Shown here: positions 21,625-32,058 of the stretch, piece by piece
Position numbering within the stretch: the stretch's first letter is position 1
Layout of the letters: each line of letters opens with the position of its first letter
Assembly: GCA_965242525.1 (NCBI GenBank)
Contig: OZ251459.1
Coordinates: forward strand, 672,001-736,000
Length of the DNA: 64,000 nucleotides
Source: an uncultured Candidatus Binatia bacterium
Lineage (GTDB): Bacteria > Desulfobacterota > Binatia > UBA9968 > JAJDTQ01
Direction of reading: 5' to 3'
Notes under the pieces: generated by a model
Told to the model about the DNA's origin: nothing
Seen by the model: the letters and a program-made list of their open reading frames with translations, nothing else
Database searches by the model: none
Made by a program: the position numbers and the translations under genes

Positions 21625-22739
21625 TGACCCCGTTCGTCCTTTCGGGGCAGCGGCGCATCCCGCTGCGGAATATCTGGCTGTTGCTGCTCTACGCGTCGGA
21701 GCTGTTTCGCCAGCTTGACGACGCTGAGCGGGCCGGCGTAGAGGATCGCCCGGACGACATTCCCGACCTGGTGGCGGAAATCCTGGCCCATGAGGTGGAA
21801 CGCCGCTTGGCGCGCAACCTCAGCTACGGCTGGCAACCCCGCGCCGCGGTGCTGCATCGGGTGCGGGGCCGCATCGACCATCGCCGCACCGAAAGCCGCC
21901 AACTGCTGCAACGCGGCCAGATAGCCTGCCGCTTCGACGAACTCACCATCGACACGCCCCGTAACCGCTATGTGCGGACGGCCCTGGTCCGGGTGTCCGG
22001 CACTGTCAAAGGCCAGGAACTGGCCCATCGCTGCCGTTCCCTGACCCGGCGGCTGGAGCGGTTGGGCGTCGTCGGCCCCCAACCGGCTCCGTCCGAGGTA
22101 TCCGCCGCAGACTTCCGTGGGTTCGGCGCCGACGACCGCCGGATGGTGGCGGCAGCCCGGCTGGTGTTCGAGTTGGCCCTGCCCAACGAAGATCCGGACA
22201 ACCGGCGCTTGGCTCCGCCGCCACGCAACGAAGAGCAATGGCTCAGACGGCTGTTCGAAAAGGCGGTTGGCGGCTTCTACGCCGTAACGCTGTCGCCGTC
22301 CGGGTGGCGCGTGGCCGCTGGCCAGTGGATCCACTGGCCGGTAGAGCGCGCCACCGACGGGATCCGAAACATCCTGCCATCCATGCAGACCGACATCGTT
22401 CTGGAACATCCCCGCCGGGGTTGCCGCATCGTCATCGACACCAAGTTCAACCCTGTCGTCGTCGAGGGCTGGCGCCGGAATGAATCACTGCATAGCGGCC
22501 ATCTCTACCAGATCTACGCCTACCTGCGCTCCCAGGAGGACCCCGCCGACCCGCCATCGGCCCACGCCGCCGGCCTGTTGCTGCATCCGGCGGCAGGCGA
22601 GGACGTGGACGAGGCGGTGGCGCTGCAAGGGCACCCCATCCGGTTCGCCACCGTCGATCTGGCGGCCTCCGCCCAACGGATACGGGCGCGCCTGCTGACC
22701 CTGGCCGAAGAACCCCCGGCCTGGACGGACGAGCCGTGA
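21624..22739 (+). CDS. mcrC: McrC family PD-(D/E)XK nuclease
   Basis: IPLRNIWLLLLYA, MQTDIVL, IDTK, LYQIYAYL; coupled to mcrB. Confidence 0.9.
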   Translation: MTPFVLSGQRRIPLRNIWLLLLYASELFRQLDDAERAGVEDRPDDIPDLVAEILAHEVERRLARNLSYGWQPRAAVLHRVRGRIDHRRTESRQLLQRGQIACRFDELTIDTPRNRYVRTALVRVSGTVKGQELAHRCRSLTRRLERLGVVGPQPAPSEVSAADFRGFGADDRRMVAAARLVFELALPNEDPDNRRLAPPPRNEEQWLRRLFEKAVGGFYAVTLSPSGWRVAAGQWIHWPVERATDGIRNILPSMQTDIVLEHPRRGCRIVIDTKFNPVVVEGWRRNESLHSGHLYQIYAYLRSQEDPADPPSAHAAGLLLHPAAGEDVDEAVALQGHPIRFATVDLAASAQRIRARLLTLAEEPPAWTDEP

Positions 22740-23968
22740 TCCGCTCGCGCGGCCGGCGCCTGCGCGCCGCGGCCCGGGACCTGGGTCACGAGCGGCTCAA
22801 GCTGCTGGGCGTCGTCACCGGCGGACACATGATGATCCACTGGTTCCAGCAGTTGTTCCCGGTGGCGCTGCCGTTCATCAAGGCCGGCCTGGGTCTCAGC
22901 GCGGTCCAGACCGGGGCCCTAGCCACCGCGCGCCAGTTCGGGCAGGGGACCCTCAACCTGCCCGCGGGCATGCTGGCCGACGCGCTGCACCGCTACCGGG
23001 ACGTCATCCTGGCCTCGTCGCTGGTCTTCATGGGCGTGGCCTACCTGCTCTTCGGCAGCCGCGGCGGCTTCGGGACCGCCTTTGCGGCCAGCGTGCTCAT
23101 CGGGTTCGGCACCGCGCTGTGGCATCCCGCCGCGGCCGCGACCCTTACCTCGAAGTTCCCCGAGCGCCGGGGCACGGCCATGTCGGTCCACGGCACCGGG
23201 GCCACGTTGAGCGACAGCCTGGCGCCGTTGGCGCAGGGAGCGCTGCTCACGGTCCTGCCCTGGGAGGGGATCCTCTGGTGGCAAATCGTTCCGGGAGTCC
23301 TCTTCGGCTTCCTGGTGCTGCGCGGCCTGTTCGGCGTGTTCCGGCCGGAGCCCGCCGCGGCCTCCCGCACCGGCCGGCTCGGCGACATGCTCGCCCTGCT
23401 CGCCAACGGCTCCTTCGTGGCCATATCGGCTTCCCGGGGCTTCCTCACCATGGGGCGCGTGGTGATCCTCACCTTCCTGCCCATCTACCTGGTCGAGGAG
23501 TTGGGTTTTTCGGCCAACGCGCTGGGCGTCTATATCATGCTGCTCCACGTCATGGGGATCTTCTCCCAGACCGTCCTGGGCTACCTCTCGGACCGGTACG
23601 GCCGGAAGCCGGTGCTGGTTCCCTCCATGCTCGCCTTGGGCGTCCTGTACGTGCTGCTTGCCGTGGCCCCTCCGGTGGCGGCCCTGACCCTGGTCATCAT
23701 CGCCATGGGCACCTTCTTCTACACCCTGATGAACGTGCTCACCGCGGTGATCTCGGACGTGGCCGGAGCCAACGTCCAGGCGTCTTCCCAGGGGTTGACC
23801 ACGGTCATCGCCCAGGTGGCGGTGTTGCCCACCCCGGTCATCGCCGGTTACCTGGCCGACCGCCACGGCATGGGGGCGGCGTTCGTCCTGGCGGGCGCGT
23901 TCGTGTTCCTGGCGGCGCTCTGTCTCGCCCCGTTGCAACTCTACGGAGGAGACCGGCGAGGCTCCTAG
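22736..23968 (+). CDS. MFS transporter (Fsr-like)
   Basis: 12-TM pattern, WHPAA, GYLSDRYGRK. Confidence 0.88.
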   Translation: MIRSRGRRLRAAARDLGHERLKLLGVVTGGHMMIHWFQQLFPVALPFIKAGLGLSAVQTGALATARQFGQGTLNLPAGMLADALHRYRDVILASSLVFMGVAYLLFGSRGGFGTAFAASVLIGFGTALWHPAAAATLTSKFPERRGTAMSVHGTGATLSDSLAPLAQGALLTVLPWEGILWWQIVPGVLFGFLVLRGLFGVFRPEPAAASRTGRLGDMLALLANGSFVAISASRGFLTMGRVVILTFLPIYLVEELGFSANALGVYIMLLHVMGIFSQTVLGYLSDRYGRKPVLVPSMLALGVLYVLLAVAPPVAALTLVIIAMGTFFYTLMNVLTAVISDVAGANVQASSQGLTTVIAQVAVLPTPVIAGYLADRHGMGAAFVLAGAFVFLAALCLAPLQLYGGDRRGS

Positions 23969-23994
23969 CCGCGGAGCCGCGGGGCTTTCGGGCG

Positions 23995-24576
23995 TCAGCG
24001 CCGGGCGCCCCTCCGGAGGAGGTTCCGCGTGAACACCGCCGCGGTGTATGCGAACACCAGGTTGCCCGTCCACCATGTCCAGGCGGAGGGCCGGGCCGGG
24101 TCGAACCAGAGCCCCAGGACCACGGCGCCCACCAGCAGGTAATAGACCACGCCCGCGGCCTTTCCCGGAAGGTCCTCGCGGAGGCGGGGCCGGCGGTCGG
24201 ACGGCCCGGTCCCGTTCCGGTACAGGAACTGGGTCCCGAGGGCCGCCACCCCCAGGGGCACCCAATAGCCCAGTCGTCCCAGCCATGCCGCGGCCAGCAG
24301 GCTCGACGCGTTGAACAGCACGTCCGCCAGCGCGTCCAGCCGTCCCCACGCGGCGTTCGGGGCTCCGGCCTTGCGCGCGAAGTACCCGTCCAGCAGGTCC
24401 GACGCGGCCGTGAGCAGGTAGAGGAGGATGAGCGCGCCCGCGGCGCCGGACGCGCCGCCATGGGCTTCGAACATGAGGTAGAGGAAGGGGAAGGGGACGG
24501 CAAAGCGTCCCAGGGTCAGGCCGTTGGCCAAGCCGCGGTAGAACCCCGAACCCGGCGCCTCGGCCCCGGGGTTCAG
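23995..24576 (-). CDS. CDP-alcohol phosphatidyltransferase family protein
   Basis: ANGLTLGR, DLLDGYFARK...GRLDALAD; start uncertain (24576 CTG or 24531 TTG). Confidence 0.8.
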   Translation of the reverse strand: MNPGAEAPGSGFYRGLANGLTLGRFAVPFPFLYLMFEAHGGASGAAGALILLYLLTAASDLLDGYFARKAGAPNAAWGRLDALADVLFNASSLLAAAWLGRLGYWVPLGVAALGTQFLYRNGTGPSDRRPRLREDLPGKAAGVVYYLLVGAVVLGLWFDPARPSAWTWWTGNLVFAYTAAVFTRNLLRRGARR

Positions 24577-25091
24577 TGGATCGGCTCCATGACCGCTCCG
24601 CAACCGCCGCACTTCCGGTTCGCTTCGCTGCTCCAGAAGCGCTCGAAAATGGGCGGGAGCTGGGCCACGATGTCGCTGAGCTGCACCGCTTCCTCGTAGA
24701 GTTTCGCGTGGCAGTCGTCGCAGTACCACTGGAACAGGTCCATCTCGCCCTCGCGCCGCCGGCGCTCGATGACGAGGCCCACCGTGTCCGCCCGGCGCTG
24801 CGGCGAATGGGGCACTTTGGGCGGGAGCAGGAAGATCTCGCCCGCTCGGATGGGGACGTCCCGGGGCGCGCCGTCCTCCATGATCCGCAGCGTCATGTCG
24901 CCTTCGATCTGGTAGAAGAACTCCTCGCCCTCGTCCACGTGGTAGTCCTTGCGGGTGTTGGGTCCGCCCACCACCATGACGATGAACTCGGTGTCTTTGT
25001 ACACCACCTGGTTGCCCACCGGCGGCTTGAGCAGGTGGCGGTGCTCGTCGATCCATCGGGCGAAATGGAAAGGGGGGGTGATGCGGCTCAT
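24573..25091 (-). CDS. nbaC: 3-hydroxyanthranilate 3,4-dioxygenase
   Basis: LKPPVGN, GGPNTRKDYH..EE, VPHSPQR, rubredoxin-like CxxC pairs. Confidence 0.95.
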   Translation of the reverse strand: MSRITPPFHFARWIDEHRHLLKPPVGNQVVYKDTEFIVMVVGGPNTRKDYHVDEGEEFFYQIEGDMTLRIMEDGAPRDVPIRAGEIFLLPPKVPHSPQRRADTVGLVIERRRREGEMDLFQWYCDDCHAKLYEEAVQLSDIVAQLPPIFERFWSSEANRKCGGCGAVMEPIH

Positions 25092-25136
25092 CTCCGTGTC
25101 CTCCCTCGTAAACGGTGCGTCGTCCGGACTTCCTTC

Positions 25137-25270
25137 GGGAACCCCTGAACGATCGGGACCTCCGAGACGGATTCCCTCACCCTGCTCCCCGTCTCCGTTC
25201 GTTCTGAGCGTAGCGAAGCGAAGTCGAAGGACGCGCTCCTGCCCCCTGTCCCGATTGTCCAGAGGTTCCT
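25137..25270. repeat. REP-MITE family copy
   Basis: GGGAACCCCTGAACGATCGGGAC ... GTCCCGATTGTCCAGAGGTTCC with REP core. Confidence 0.8.
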
Positions 25271-25307
25271 TGACTTGTAACACGACGCAGCGCCGAAAGG
25301 AAGAAAA

Positions 25308-25802
25308 TCAGGCCCCGCGGGCAAGGCCCGCGGCCCAGTGGACCACTTCGTCCTGGGCCGTGTTCTGGGGTCCGGAGCCGGCCCGCCGGACCGCGTTCCG
25401 CGCTGCGTCCGCGCCCAGGCCCAGGGCGAGCAGCACGCACACGGCGAAGGTGCCGCTGCGGCCGATGCCCGCGGCGCAGTGCACGAGCAGGGTCTCTCCC
25501 GCGGCGAGCCCCCGGGCCGCCTTCTGCGCCAGCGCCCAGAACGCTTCCCGGTCCGCGGGCGCGTCCAGGTCTTCCACCGGGAAGCTCTCGTGCTTCCACG
25601 GCGCCTTCCGTTCGTCGAGCGCCCGGGCGTACCGCGGCGACTTGTCGCGCAACTCGTCCGGGGGAACGAGACAGATCACCCGCGTGATCCGGTGCCGGCC
25701 GATGGCGCTCCATGCGTCCTCGAACGCCTCGTAGCGCCCCGGCATGCTGCCCAGGTACAGGCGGCCGGCCACCGCGGCGGGAAGCTCCACCGCCCGGTAC
25801 AT
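25308..25802 (-). CDS. Protein-tyrosine/dual-specificity phosphatase
   Basis: VHCAAGIGRSGT (CX5R) motif. Confidence 0.85.
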   Translation of the reverse strand: MYRAVELPAAVAGRLYLGSMPGRYEAFEDAWSAIGRHRITRVICLVPPDELRDKSPRYARALDERKAPWKHESFPVEDLDAPADREAFWALAQKAARGLAAGETLLVHCAAGIGRSGTFAVCVLLALGLGADAARNAVRRAGSGPQNTAQDEVVHWAAGLARGA

Positions 25803-25837
25803 GGGCGCAGGTTCGTGCGCGGGCAAGGCCACGGGGG

Positions 25838-26848
25838 TTACAGGGTCCGGCGCAGTTCCGCCGCGGCCGCGGCCAGCAGCCGGGCCTTGGCCAGGGCCAG
25901 TTCCCGGCTCACGGTCATGAGGCCGCAGTCCGGGGCCAGCAGCAGCTTCCCGGGTTGCAGGTACCGGAGGGCCTCGCGCACCCGGCCCACCACCGATTCC
26001 ACCGGCGGCGTCGGGACGTCGCCGGGGTCCACGCAGCCGAACATGACGAGCCGGTCCCTGCACATTTCCAGGACGGCCGGGTCGTAGTTGCTGCGGGCGA
26101 ACTCCACGGCAAAGCCGCCGATCCCGGTTCCGAGCAGCAACTCCAGCAGCTCGGGGTACTGGTACTCGTGCTGGAGGCCCTTGCCGCCGGGATAGCCGTA
26201 ACACAGGTGGACGATGGTGGGGATGGTGACCCCCTCGATGCACCGGTCGAGAGCCCGGGCGCCGTAGGCGGCCGCCTTCTCGTGGTAACGGGTCATGGCG
26301 GGCTCGTCGATCTGGACCACGTCGCAGCCCGCGGCCTCGAGGTCCCGCAACTCCAAGTTGATGGCCGCGGCCACGTCCAGGGCCAGGGCGGCCTCGTCGC
26401 CGTAGAACTCGTCGCAGGTGCTGTCCACCACGGTCATGGGACCGGGCACCGCCATCTTCACGGGCCGGTCCGTGCGCTCCTTGGCGAACCGGAGGTCGTC
26501 CACCACGGCCGGCGTCCGGCGCCGGACGGGGCCGTACACCCGGGGCACCTGGTGGACCTCCTCGCGCCGCCGATAGACCCCCTTGGCTTGCCGGTTCACC
26601 GTGTCCACGCCCTCCAGCGAGTTCAGGACGTGGTCGATGAAGTGCGGGCGCCGCTGCTCCCCGTCGGTGACCAGGTCGAGGCCCGCCAACTCCTGGTCGC
26701 GTATGGCCACCGAGGTGGCGTCGTCCAGGCCCTCCCGGAGCCGGTCCCCGTCGAGTTGGAAGGTGACCTGGCTGCGCGTGTGGGCGGCCAGCCATCCGGG
26801 CCGGGGAAAGCTGCCCACGGTGGTGGCGGCAATGGGCGGTAGCTGCAT
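25838..26848 (-). CDS. Cobalamin-independent methionine synthase II family protein
   Basis: TTVGSFPRP, DGEQRR, QIDEP, HLCYGY, PDCG. Confidence 0.88.
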   Translation of the reverse strand: MQLPPIAATTVGSFPRPGWLAAHTRSQVTFQLDGDRLREGLDDATSVAIRDQELAGLDLVTDGEQRRPHFIDHVLNSLEGVDTVNRQAKGVYRRREEVHQVPRVYGPVRRRTPAVVDDLRFAKERTDRPVKMAVPGPMTVVDSTCDEFYGDEAALALDVAAAINLELRDLEAAGCDVVQIDEPAMTRYHEKAAAYGARALDRCIEGVTIPTIVHLCYGYPGGKGLQHEYQYPELLELLLGTGIGGFAVEFARSNYDPAVLEMCRDRLVMFGCVDPGDVPTPPVESVVGRVREALRYLQPGKLLLAPDCGLMTVSRELALAKARLLAAAAAELRRTL

Positions 26849-26900
26849 GGGAACCTCCGTTTCTGGCGCGTGACGGAGCCGGTGCGGGCCTCCGGCCGCG

Positions 26901-28181
26901 TCACGCGGGGTGCGGCGCCGGGGCCAAGCGGGGCCGCGGCGCAATCTGCATCACCAGGGCCGCGGCCAGGAGCGCCATGGCGGCGCCGGCCAGGAACGCG
27001 TACTGGTATTCCCCGAAATGGTCGTACACCACCCCGGCGCCGTAGGCCGCGACCGTGGCCCCGAGCTGGTGCGCGAGGAAGATCCAGCCGAAGATGCGCG
27101 CCACCGCGTGCCGGCCGTAGGTGTCCGCGGCAATGGCCACGGTGGACGGGCCGGTGGCGTACCAGTCGATGCCATAGACCGTGGCGAACAGGACCAGCCC
27201 GGGCAGGGTATCGACGAAGGGCAGCAGGACCAGCGAGCAGCCGCGCAGGAAGTAGGCTAGGGCCAGGACCTTGCGCGGGTCCACCCGGTCCACCAGCCAG
27301 CCCGCGCCCAGAGTGCCGACGAAGCTGATGCCGCCCATGACCCCCACCACGAGGCCCGCGGTCACCTTGGCCACGCCCAGGTCGTCCACCACGTGGGGGA
27401 TCAGGTGCAGGCCGATGAGCCCGTTGGCGGTCAGGCCGCAGACGAAGAAACCGCCGCTCAACAGCCAGAACGTAGAGCTGTGGAAGGCGTCGCGCACGGG
27501 CGTGGCCGACGCCTTCGGCTCGGGCCGGGCCGCGTCCGAGGCGCTCCCGGCGCCCGCTCCCCGGCCGTAGGGCTCCAGGCCCACGTGGGCCGGCTCGTCG
27601 CGCATCCACAGGGACACCATCGCCATCAGGCCGAAGGCGACCGCGCCCATGAACAGCATGCTTCCGCGCCAGCCGGTGCTGACGATGACCGCCATGAGCA
27701 GCGGCAGGAACACCATCTGGCCGGCGGCGTTGCCGTTGGTGAGGATGCCGATGGTGACCCCCCGGTGCTTCACGAACCAGCGGTTGGCCACCGCGGCCGC
27801 AAGCACCGGGGTGGCGCTGGTGCCGAAGCCCACCAGCAGGCCCCAGAACAGGAGGAGCTGCCACCACTGCTGGACCATGGCCGTCCCCACCAGACCCGCG
27901 GTCACCAGCCCCAGGGCGTACGCCACCACCTTGCGCACCCCGTGGCGGTCCACCAGCCAGCCTGCGGCCGGGGCGCCGATGCCGAACAGGAACAGGTTGA
28001 GGCTGCCGGGTCCCGACACCGCGGCCCGGGACCAGCCGAACTCGGCTTCCAGGGGGTTGATCAGCAGCGAGGCCGCGGAGCGGGTTCCCGCGGCCGTCAG
28101 GTTGACGCAGAACGTCAGCGCCACGACGACCCAGCCGTAGAAGAAGGGCGCCGCGATCGGCGGTTGGCGCCGCGTCACCAC
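26901..28181 (-). CDS. MFS transporter
   Basis: FYGW, NRWFVKHRG, 12-TM pattern. Confidence 0.88.
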   Translation of the reverse strand: MVTRRQPPIAAPFFYGWVVVALTFCVNLTAAGTRSAASLLINPLEAEFGWSRAAVSGPGSLNLFLFGIGAPAAGWLVDRHGVRKVVAYALGLVTAGLVGTAMVQQWWQLLLFWGLLVGFGTSATPVLAAAVANRWFVKHRGVTIGILTNGNAAGQMVFLPLLMAVIVSTGWRGSMLFMGAVAFGLMAMVSLWMRDEPAHVGLEPYGRGAGAGSASDAARPEPKASATPVRDAFHSSTFWLLSGGFFVCGLTANGLIGLHLIPHVVDDLGVAKVTAGLVVGVMGGISFVGTLGAGWLVDRVDPRKVLALAYFLRGCSLVLLPFVDTLPGLVLFATVYGIDWYATGPSTVAIAADTYGRHAVARIFGWIFLAHQLGATVAAYGAGVVYDHFGEYQYAFLAGAAMALLAAALVMQIAPRPRLAPAPHPA

Positions 28182-28190
28182 CGCGGGCCG

Positions 28191-29282
28191 CTAACCGAGC
28201 CGGTAGAAACGCCGGGCGTTGGCGTGCAGGATCGCAGCCTTGTCATCTTCCGTCAGCCTGGGGTTCTCGTGCAGTTCCCGGATCTCTTCCTTGGCGGTGG
28301 CGTGGTTCACCTCGTGGGGGAAGTCGGACGAGAAGAGGAAGGGCTTGTTGCCGGCCACGCGCACCGCGAAGGGCAGGGTGAGCTCGTCGCCCTCCACCCC
28401 CACGAATATCCGGTCGGATTCCACGTGCCTGAGGACGTAGTCGGTGACCGATTCCCCCTTCCCCAGCCGGAGGAAGCGTCCGTGGGGGTCGTACTGGACG
28501 TGGCTGCTCCAGGACCGCTCGAAGCGCTCCAGGCAGTTGACGAACCACGCGGCCCCGGCCTCCAGGAACCCGAAGCGGGCGTTGGGGTAGCGGTCCAGCA
28601 CGCCGTTGAAGACGATGCCGGCGAAGTTCACCATCTGCCCGAAGGGATGGCCCAGGGCGTTCACCGGCGCGTACGGGCTCATGTCGTCCAGGCCCATGTT
28701 GTCGTGGACGCCGCCGTGGATGCCCAGGGCGCATCCGAGCCGGTCCGCCTCCTCGTAGATGGGCCAGTAGCGCTCGTCTCCCAGGTGGTTCTGGAGTTGT
28801 CGGGCGCCGGTGCCCGGCAGCATGGCGCCGGCGAAGTGGAGCTCCTCGACGATGCGGCGGAGCTCCGCCGCCGCCTCCGCGGGCTCGTGCAGCGGGATGA
28901 GCCCCACGGCCTGGAAGCGCGGGCTCCGGCCGGTGTACTCGTCGTGGATCCAGTCGTTGTAGGCCCGGGCCAACTCGATGGCCCAGTCGCGGCTCACCAC
29001 GCGGCCGAAGGCCAGGCCGTTGGACGGATAGAGGACCGTGCGCTCCACCCCCACGTCCTCCAGGAACTCCAGCCAGCCTTCGCGCCCCACCTTGGCGAAC
29101 GCCCCTTCGGGCACGAAATGGCGGTTGGCGGCGTGGAGGTGGTCGTTGGGGGCGAAGGGACTGCGCATGGACCAGTTGCTGGCCCGGTACTCCTCGGGCA
29201 TGCGCCGCCAGATGGCTTCGTGGTCTTCCACCACGTGGCCGTCGCCGTCCACCACCGGCCCCTGCTCTCGTAACGTGCTCAC
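28191..29282 (-). CDS. Amidohydrolase_2 family protein
   Basis: DGDGHVVE, ARAYNDW, FLEAGAAW, FSSDFPH, NARRFY. Confidence 0.9.
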   Translation of the reverse strand: MSTLREQGPVVDGDGHVVEDHEAIWRRMPEEYRASNWSMRSPFAPNDHLHAANRHFVPEGAFAKVGREGWLEFLEDVGVERTVLYPSNGLAFGRVVSRDWAIELARAYNDWIHDEYTGRSPRFQAVGLIPLHEPAEAAAELRRIVEELHFAGAMLPGTGARQLQNHLGDERYWPIYEEADRLGCALGIHGGVHDNMGLDDMSPYAPVNALGHPFGQMVNFAGIVFNGVLDRYPNARFGFLEAGAAWFVNCLERFERSWSSHVQYDPHGRFLRLGKGESVTDYVLRHVESDRIFVGVEGDELTLPFAVRVAGNKPFLFSSDFPHEVNHATAKEEIRELHENPRLTEDDKAAILHANARRFYRLG

Positions 29283-29322
29283 GGTTGGCCTCCCGTCGGT
29301 CCGTTGCGCCCGGACCCCTCCC

Positions 29323-30450
29323 TCAAACCCCGGCCGGGGTCCTTCCCGCGGCGTCGCCTTCGCCCAGGCGGTAGAACCGCTGGGCGTTGCGGAAGAGGAT
29401 GGCGTCCTTGTCGTCCGCGGTGAGCTCGCCGTTCTCCTGCAACTCCCGCAGTTCGTGCTTGCAGGTGGCGGCGTCCACCTCGTGGGGATAGTCGGAAGAG
29501 AACAGGAACGGCTTGTTGCCCACCACCCGCACCGCTTCGGCGATGGACAACTCGTCGCCCTCGACCCCCACGAAGATCCGGTCCTCGTCGATGTGGCGGC
29601 AGATGTAGTCGGTCATGTCCATGCCTTCGCCGAGCCGGAGGAAGCGTCCGCGCGGGTCGTACTGCACGTGGCTGGCCCAGGAGCCGGTGAAACGTTCGAT
29701 GCAGGTCAGCAGCCAGGCGCAGCCCGCTTCCAGAAAGCCCATGCGCAGCCCCGGGAACCGGTCCAGCACGCCGTTGAAGACGATGCCGGCGAAACCGATC
29801 ATCTGGCCCATGGGGTGGCCCAGGGCGTTCACCGGCGCGTAGGGGGTCAGGTCGTCCATGAGCATCCCTTCGTGGCCGCCGCCGTGGATGCCGAGGGCGC
29901 ATCCCAGCCGCTCGGCCTCCCGGTAGATGGGCCAGTACCGCTCGGACCCCAGGTGGGGCATGTTGGCGCCGGTGGACGGCAGCATGCCGCCGCAGAGTCC
30001 CAGCTCTTCCACCATCCGGCGCAGCTCCTCGGCCGCGGCCCTGGGATCCTGCAACGGCAGCAGCCCCATGGCCTGGAAACGGGGGCTCCTGGCCACGTAG
30101 GTCTCGTGGATCCAGTCGTTGTAGGCCCGGGCCAGCTCGATGGCCCAGTCCCTGCTCACGATCTTGCCGAAGGCCAGGCCGGCGCTGGTGTAGAGCACGG
30201 TGGCGTCGATGCGCACGTCCTCCAGGAAGTCCTCCCAACCCTCCGGCCCCACCACCGCGAAGGCGCCCTCGGGGGTGTAGTGGCGGTTGGCCGAGTGCAG
30301 GTGGTCGATGGGAGGGAACGGGCTCTTGCCGCGGGCCTCGGAGAAGCTCCTGCCCACGTATTCCCGGGGCATGTGCCCGAGGATGGCGGGGATGTCCTCG
30401 ACCACGTGCCCGTCGCCGTCGATGATTCGTTGCGGATTCGCCGAGGTCAT
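29323..30450 (-). CDS. Amidohydrolase_2 family protein (tandem paralog)
   Basis: DGDGHVVE, ARAYNDW, FSSDYPH; highly similar to neighbour. Confidence 0.9.
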   Translation of the reverse strand: MTSANPQRIIDGDGHVVEDIPAILGHMPREYVGRSFSEARGKSPFPPIDHLHSANRHYTPEGAFAVVGPEGWEDFLEDVRIDATVLYTSAGLAFGKIVSRDWAIELARAYNDWIHETYVARSPRFQAMGLLPLQDPRAAAEELRRMVEELGLCGGMLPSTGANMPHLGSERYWPIYREAERLGCALGIHGGGHEGMLMDDLTPYAPVNALGHPMGQMIGFAGIVFNGVLDRFPGLRMGFLEAGCAWLLTCIERFTGSWASHVQYDPRGRFLRLGEGMDMTDYICRHIDEDRIFVGVEGDELSIAEAVRVVGNKPFLFSSDYPHEVDAATCKHELRELQENGELTADDKDAILFRNAQRFYRLGEGDAAGRTPAGV

Positions 30451-30588
30451 GTGCTTGCCCCCTTTGGAAACGGGATGGAGCGGTCGCGGACGCCGTCTTC
30501 CGGGATTATCCGATCCCCGCGGGCATGTCAAACTCGCCGGGAGGGACCGGCGCCCGGGGCCGGCGTCCCTGCGCCCGGGCGTCTCCTC

Positions 30589-32058
30589 TCACCTCTGCCC
30601 CGGCGCCCGGCCAAGGGTCAGCGAAAAGCCCGGCTTGCGGACATGGACGTGGTTCGCCTTCTCCTTGCGGGTGAGCTCCGCCACCAGCCGCGCCAGCGGC
30701 GTACCCGCGCCCAGGCGCTCCTTCGGGGCGCCGCCGTCCGGCAGGGCCTTCACCGCGTCCTCTCCGGCGAACACCCACAGCAGGAACTCCTCGTCGGACA
30801 CGTGGGCGGCGCCGAGCCGTTGCCGCACCTCCCGGATCGATGGCGAGGGCAGCTCCCAGCGCTCCCATTCCCTGGCCCTGGGGCGCCCGAGGATCCTGTC
30901 CTTGACCTCCGGGTCCATGTACTCGGCGCCCTCGCGGCCCCAGTATCCCAGAGCGTACTGGATGGCCTGGTCCGTCACTTCCCGGTAGCGTTCCCCGACG
31001 ATGACGTTGATGGCCGCCTGGGTGCCCACGAACTGCGACAGGGGCGTCACCATGATAGGATAGCCGAACTCCTTGCGCACCCGGACGCATTCTTCGAGGA
31101 TGGCGTCGAGCTTGTCGCGCATGTCGATGAGCGCGAGCTGGTGGCGGAAGTTGGAGATCATGCCTCCGGGCACTTGGTGGGTGTACTGGGACTCGTCGTA
31201 CTCTGCCACTTGGCCCACCGGCAGCCCGTCCCGCCTGGCGACGTGGTTCAGCTTCTCCGTCACCGGCCGCAGCGCTTCCTCGTCGATGAGGGGGTTGTGG
31301 CCCATGGCTCGGAGGTTTTGCGCCACGCTGAAGATGGAAGGCTGCGCCGAGCCGTTGGCCAGCGGCGGGATGGAGGTGTGCAGCGTGGTCAGGCCCATGT
31401 CCACGGCTTCGAGGTAGCACAGGGGCGCGAGGCCGTTGTTGCAGTGGGCGTGGAACTCCACCGGGGTGTCGCCGACGTTGTCGAGGACCAGGGGGATCAG
31501 GGTCCGCGCCCGCTCCAGGGTCAGCAGGCCGCCCACGTCCTTGAAGCAGATCCGCACCGGGTCGATGGCCGCGGCCTCCCGGGCCTTCCGCGCGTAGTAC
31601 TCGTCGGTGTGGCGCGGCGACACCGAGTAGATGAGGTTCACCACCGTGTCCATGCCGAGTTTCTCGAGAGCCTTCTTCTCCCGGTCGAACTCGTCGTAGT
31701 CGTTCCAGGAATTGGAGGTGCGGGTGAGGGTGATGCCGTAGTCCATCACCCGTTGGATCATGAGCTCGAAGACGCAGACCGGGATCTTCTCGATGAGCTT
31801 GAGCCCGCCGTGGAGGCGCAGCGGCGTCTTCCGGAACCGCTTCGCGCCCAGCCGGAACCAGTCCCAGGCGTCCTCCTTCTGCTCCCGCACGAGCTTCTTG
31901 AACATCACGGTGACGAAGAACTCGGCCGATTCGAACCCCGCCTCGTCGATGTGCTCCGCCACCGCCAGCATGTCGTCCGTGCGCATGTTCAGCGCCCACA
32001 GGCTCTGGTTGCCGTCGCGCACCGTGGTATCGATGAAACGGACGTCGCTCATGGTCAC
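30589..32058 (-). CDS. Pyruvate carboxylase B / oxaloacetate decarboxylase alpha-like carboxyltransferase lacking a biotinyl domain
   Basis: DTTVRDGNQSL, FKDVGG, HAH, HQVPGGMISN, GYPIMVTPLSQFVGTQA. Confidence 0.85.
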   Translation of the reverse strand: MTMSDVRFIDTTVRDGNQSLWALNMRTDDMLAVAEHIDEAGFESAEFFVTVMFKKLVREQKEDAWDWFRLGAKRFRKTPLRLHGGLKLIEKIPVCVFELMIQRVMDYGITLTRTSNSWNDYDEFDREKKALEKLGMDTVVNLIYSVSPRHTDEYYARKAREAAAIDPVRICFKDVGGLLTLERARTLIPLVLDNVGDTPVEFHAHCNNGLAPLCYLEAVDMGLTTLHTSIPPLANGSAQPSIFSVAQNLRAMGHNPLIDEEALRPVTEKLNHVARRDGLPVGQVAEYDESQYTHQVPGGMISNFRHQLALIDMRDKLDAILEECVRVRKEFGYPIMVTPLSQFVGTQAAINVIVGERYREVTDQAIQYALGYWGREGAEYMDPEVKDRILGRPRAREWERWELPSPSIREVRQRLGAAHVSDEEFLLWVFAGEDAVKALPDGGAPKERLGAGTPLARLVAELTRKEKANHVHVRKPGFSLTLGRAPGQR

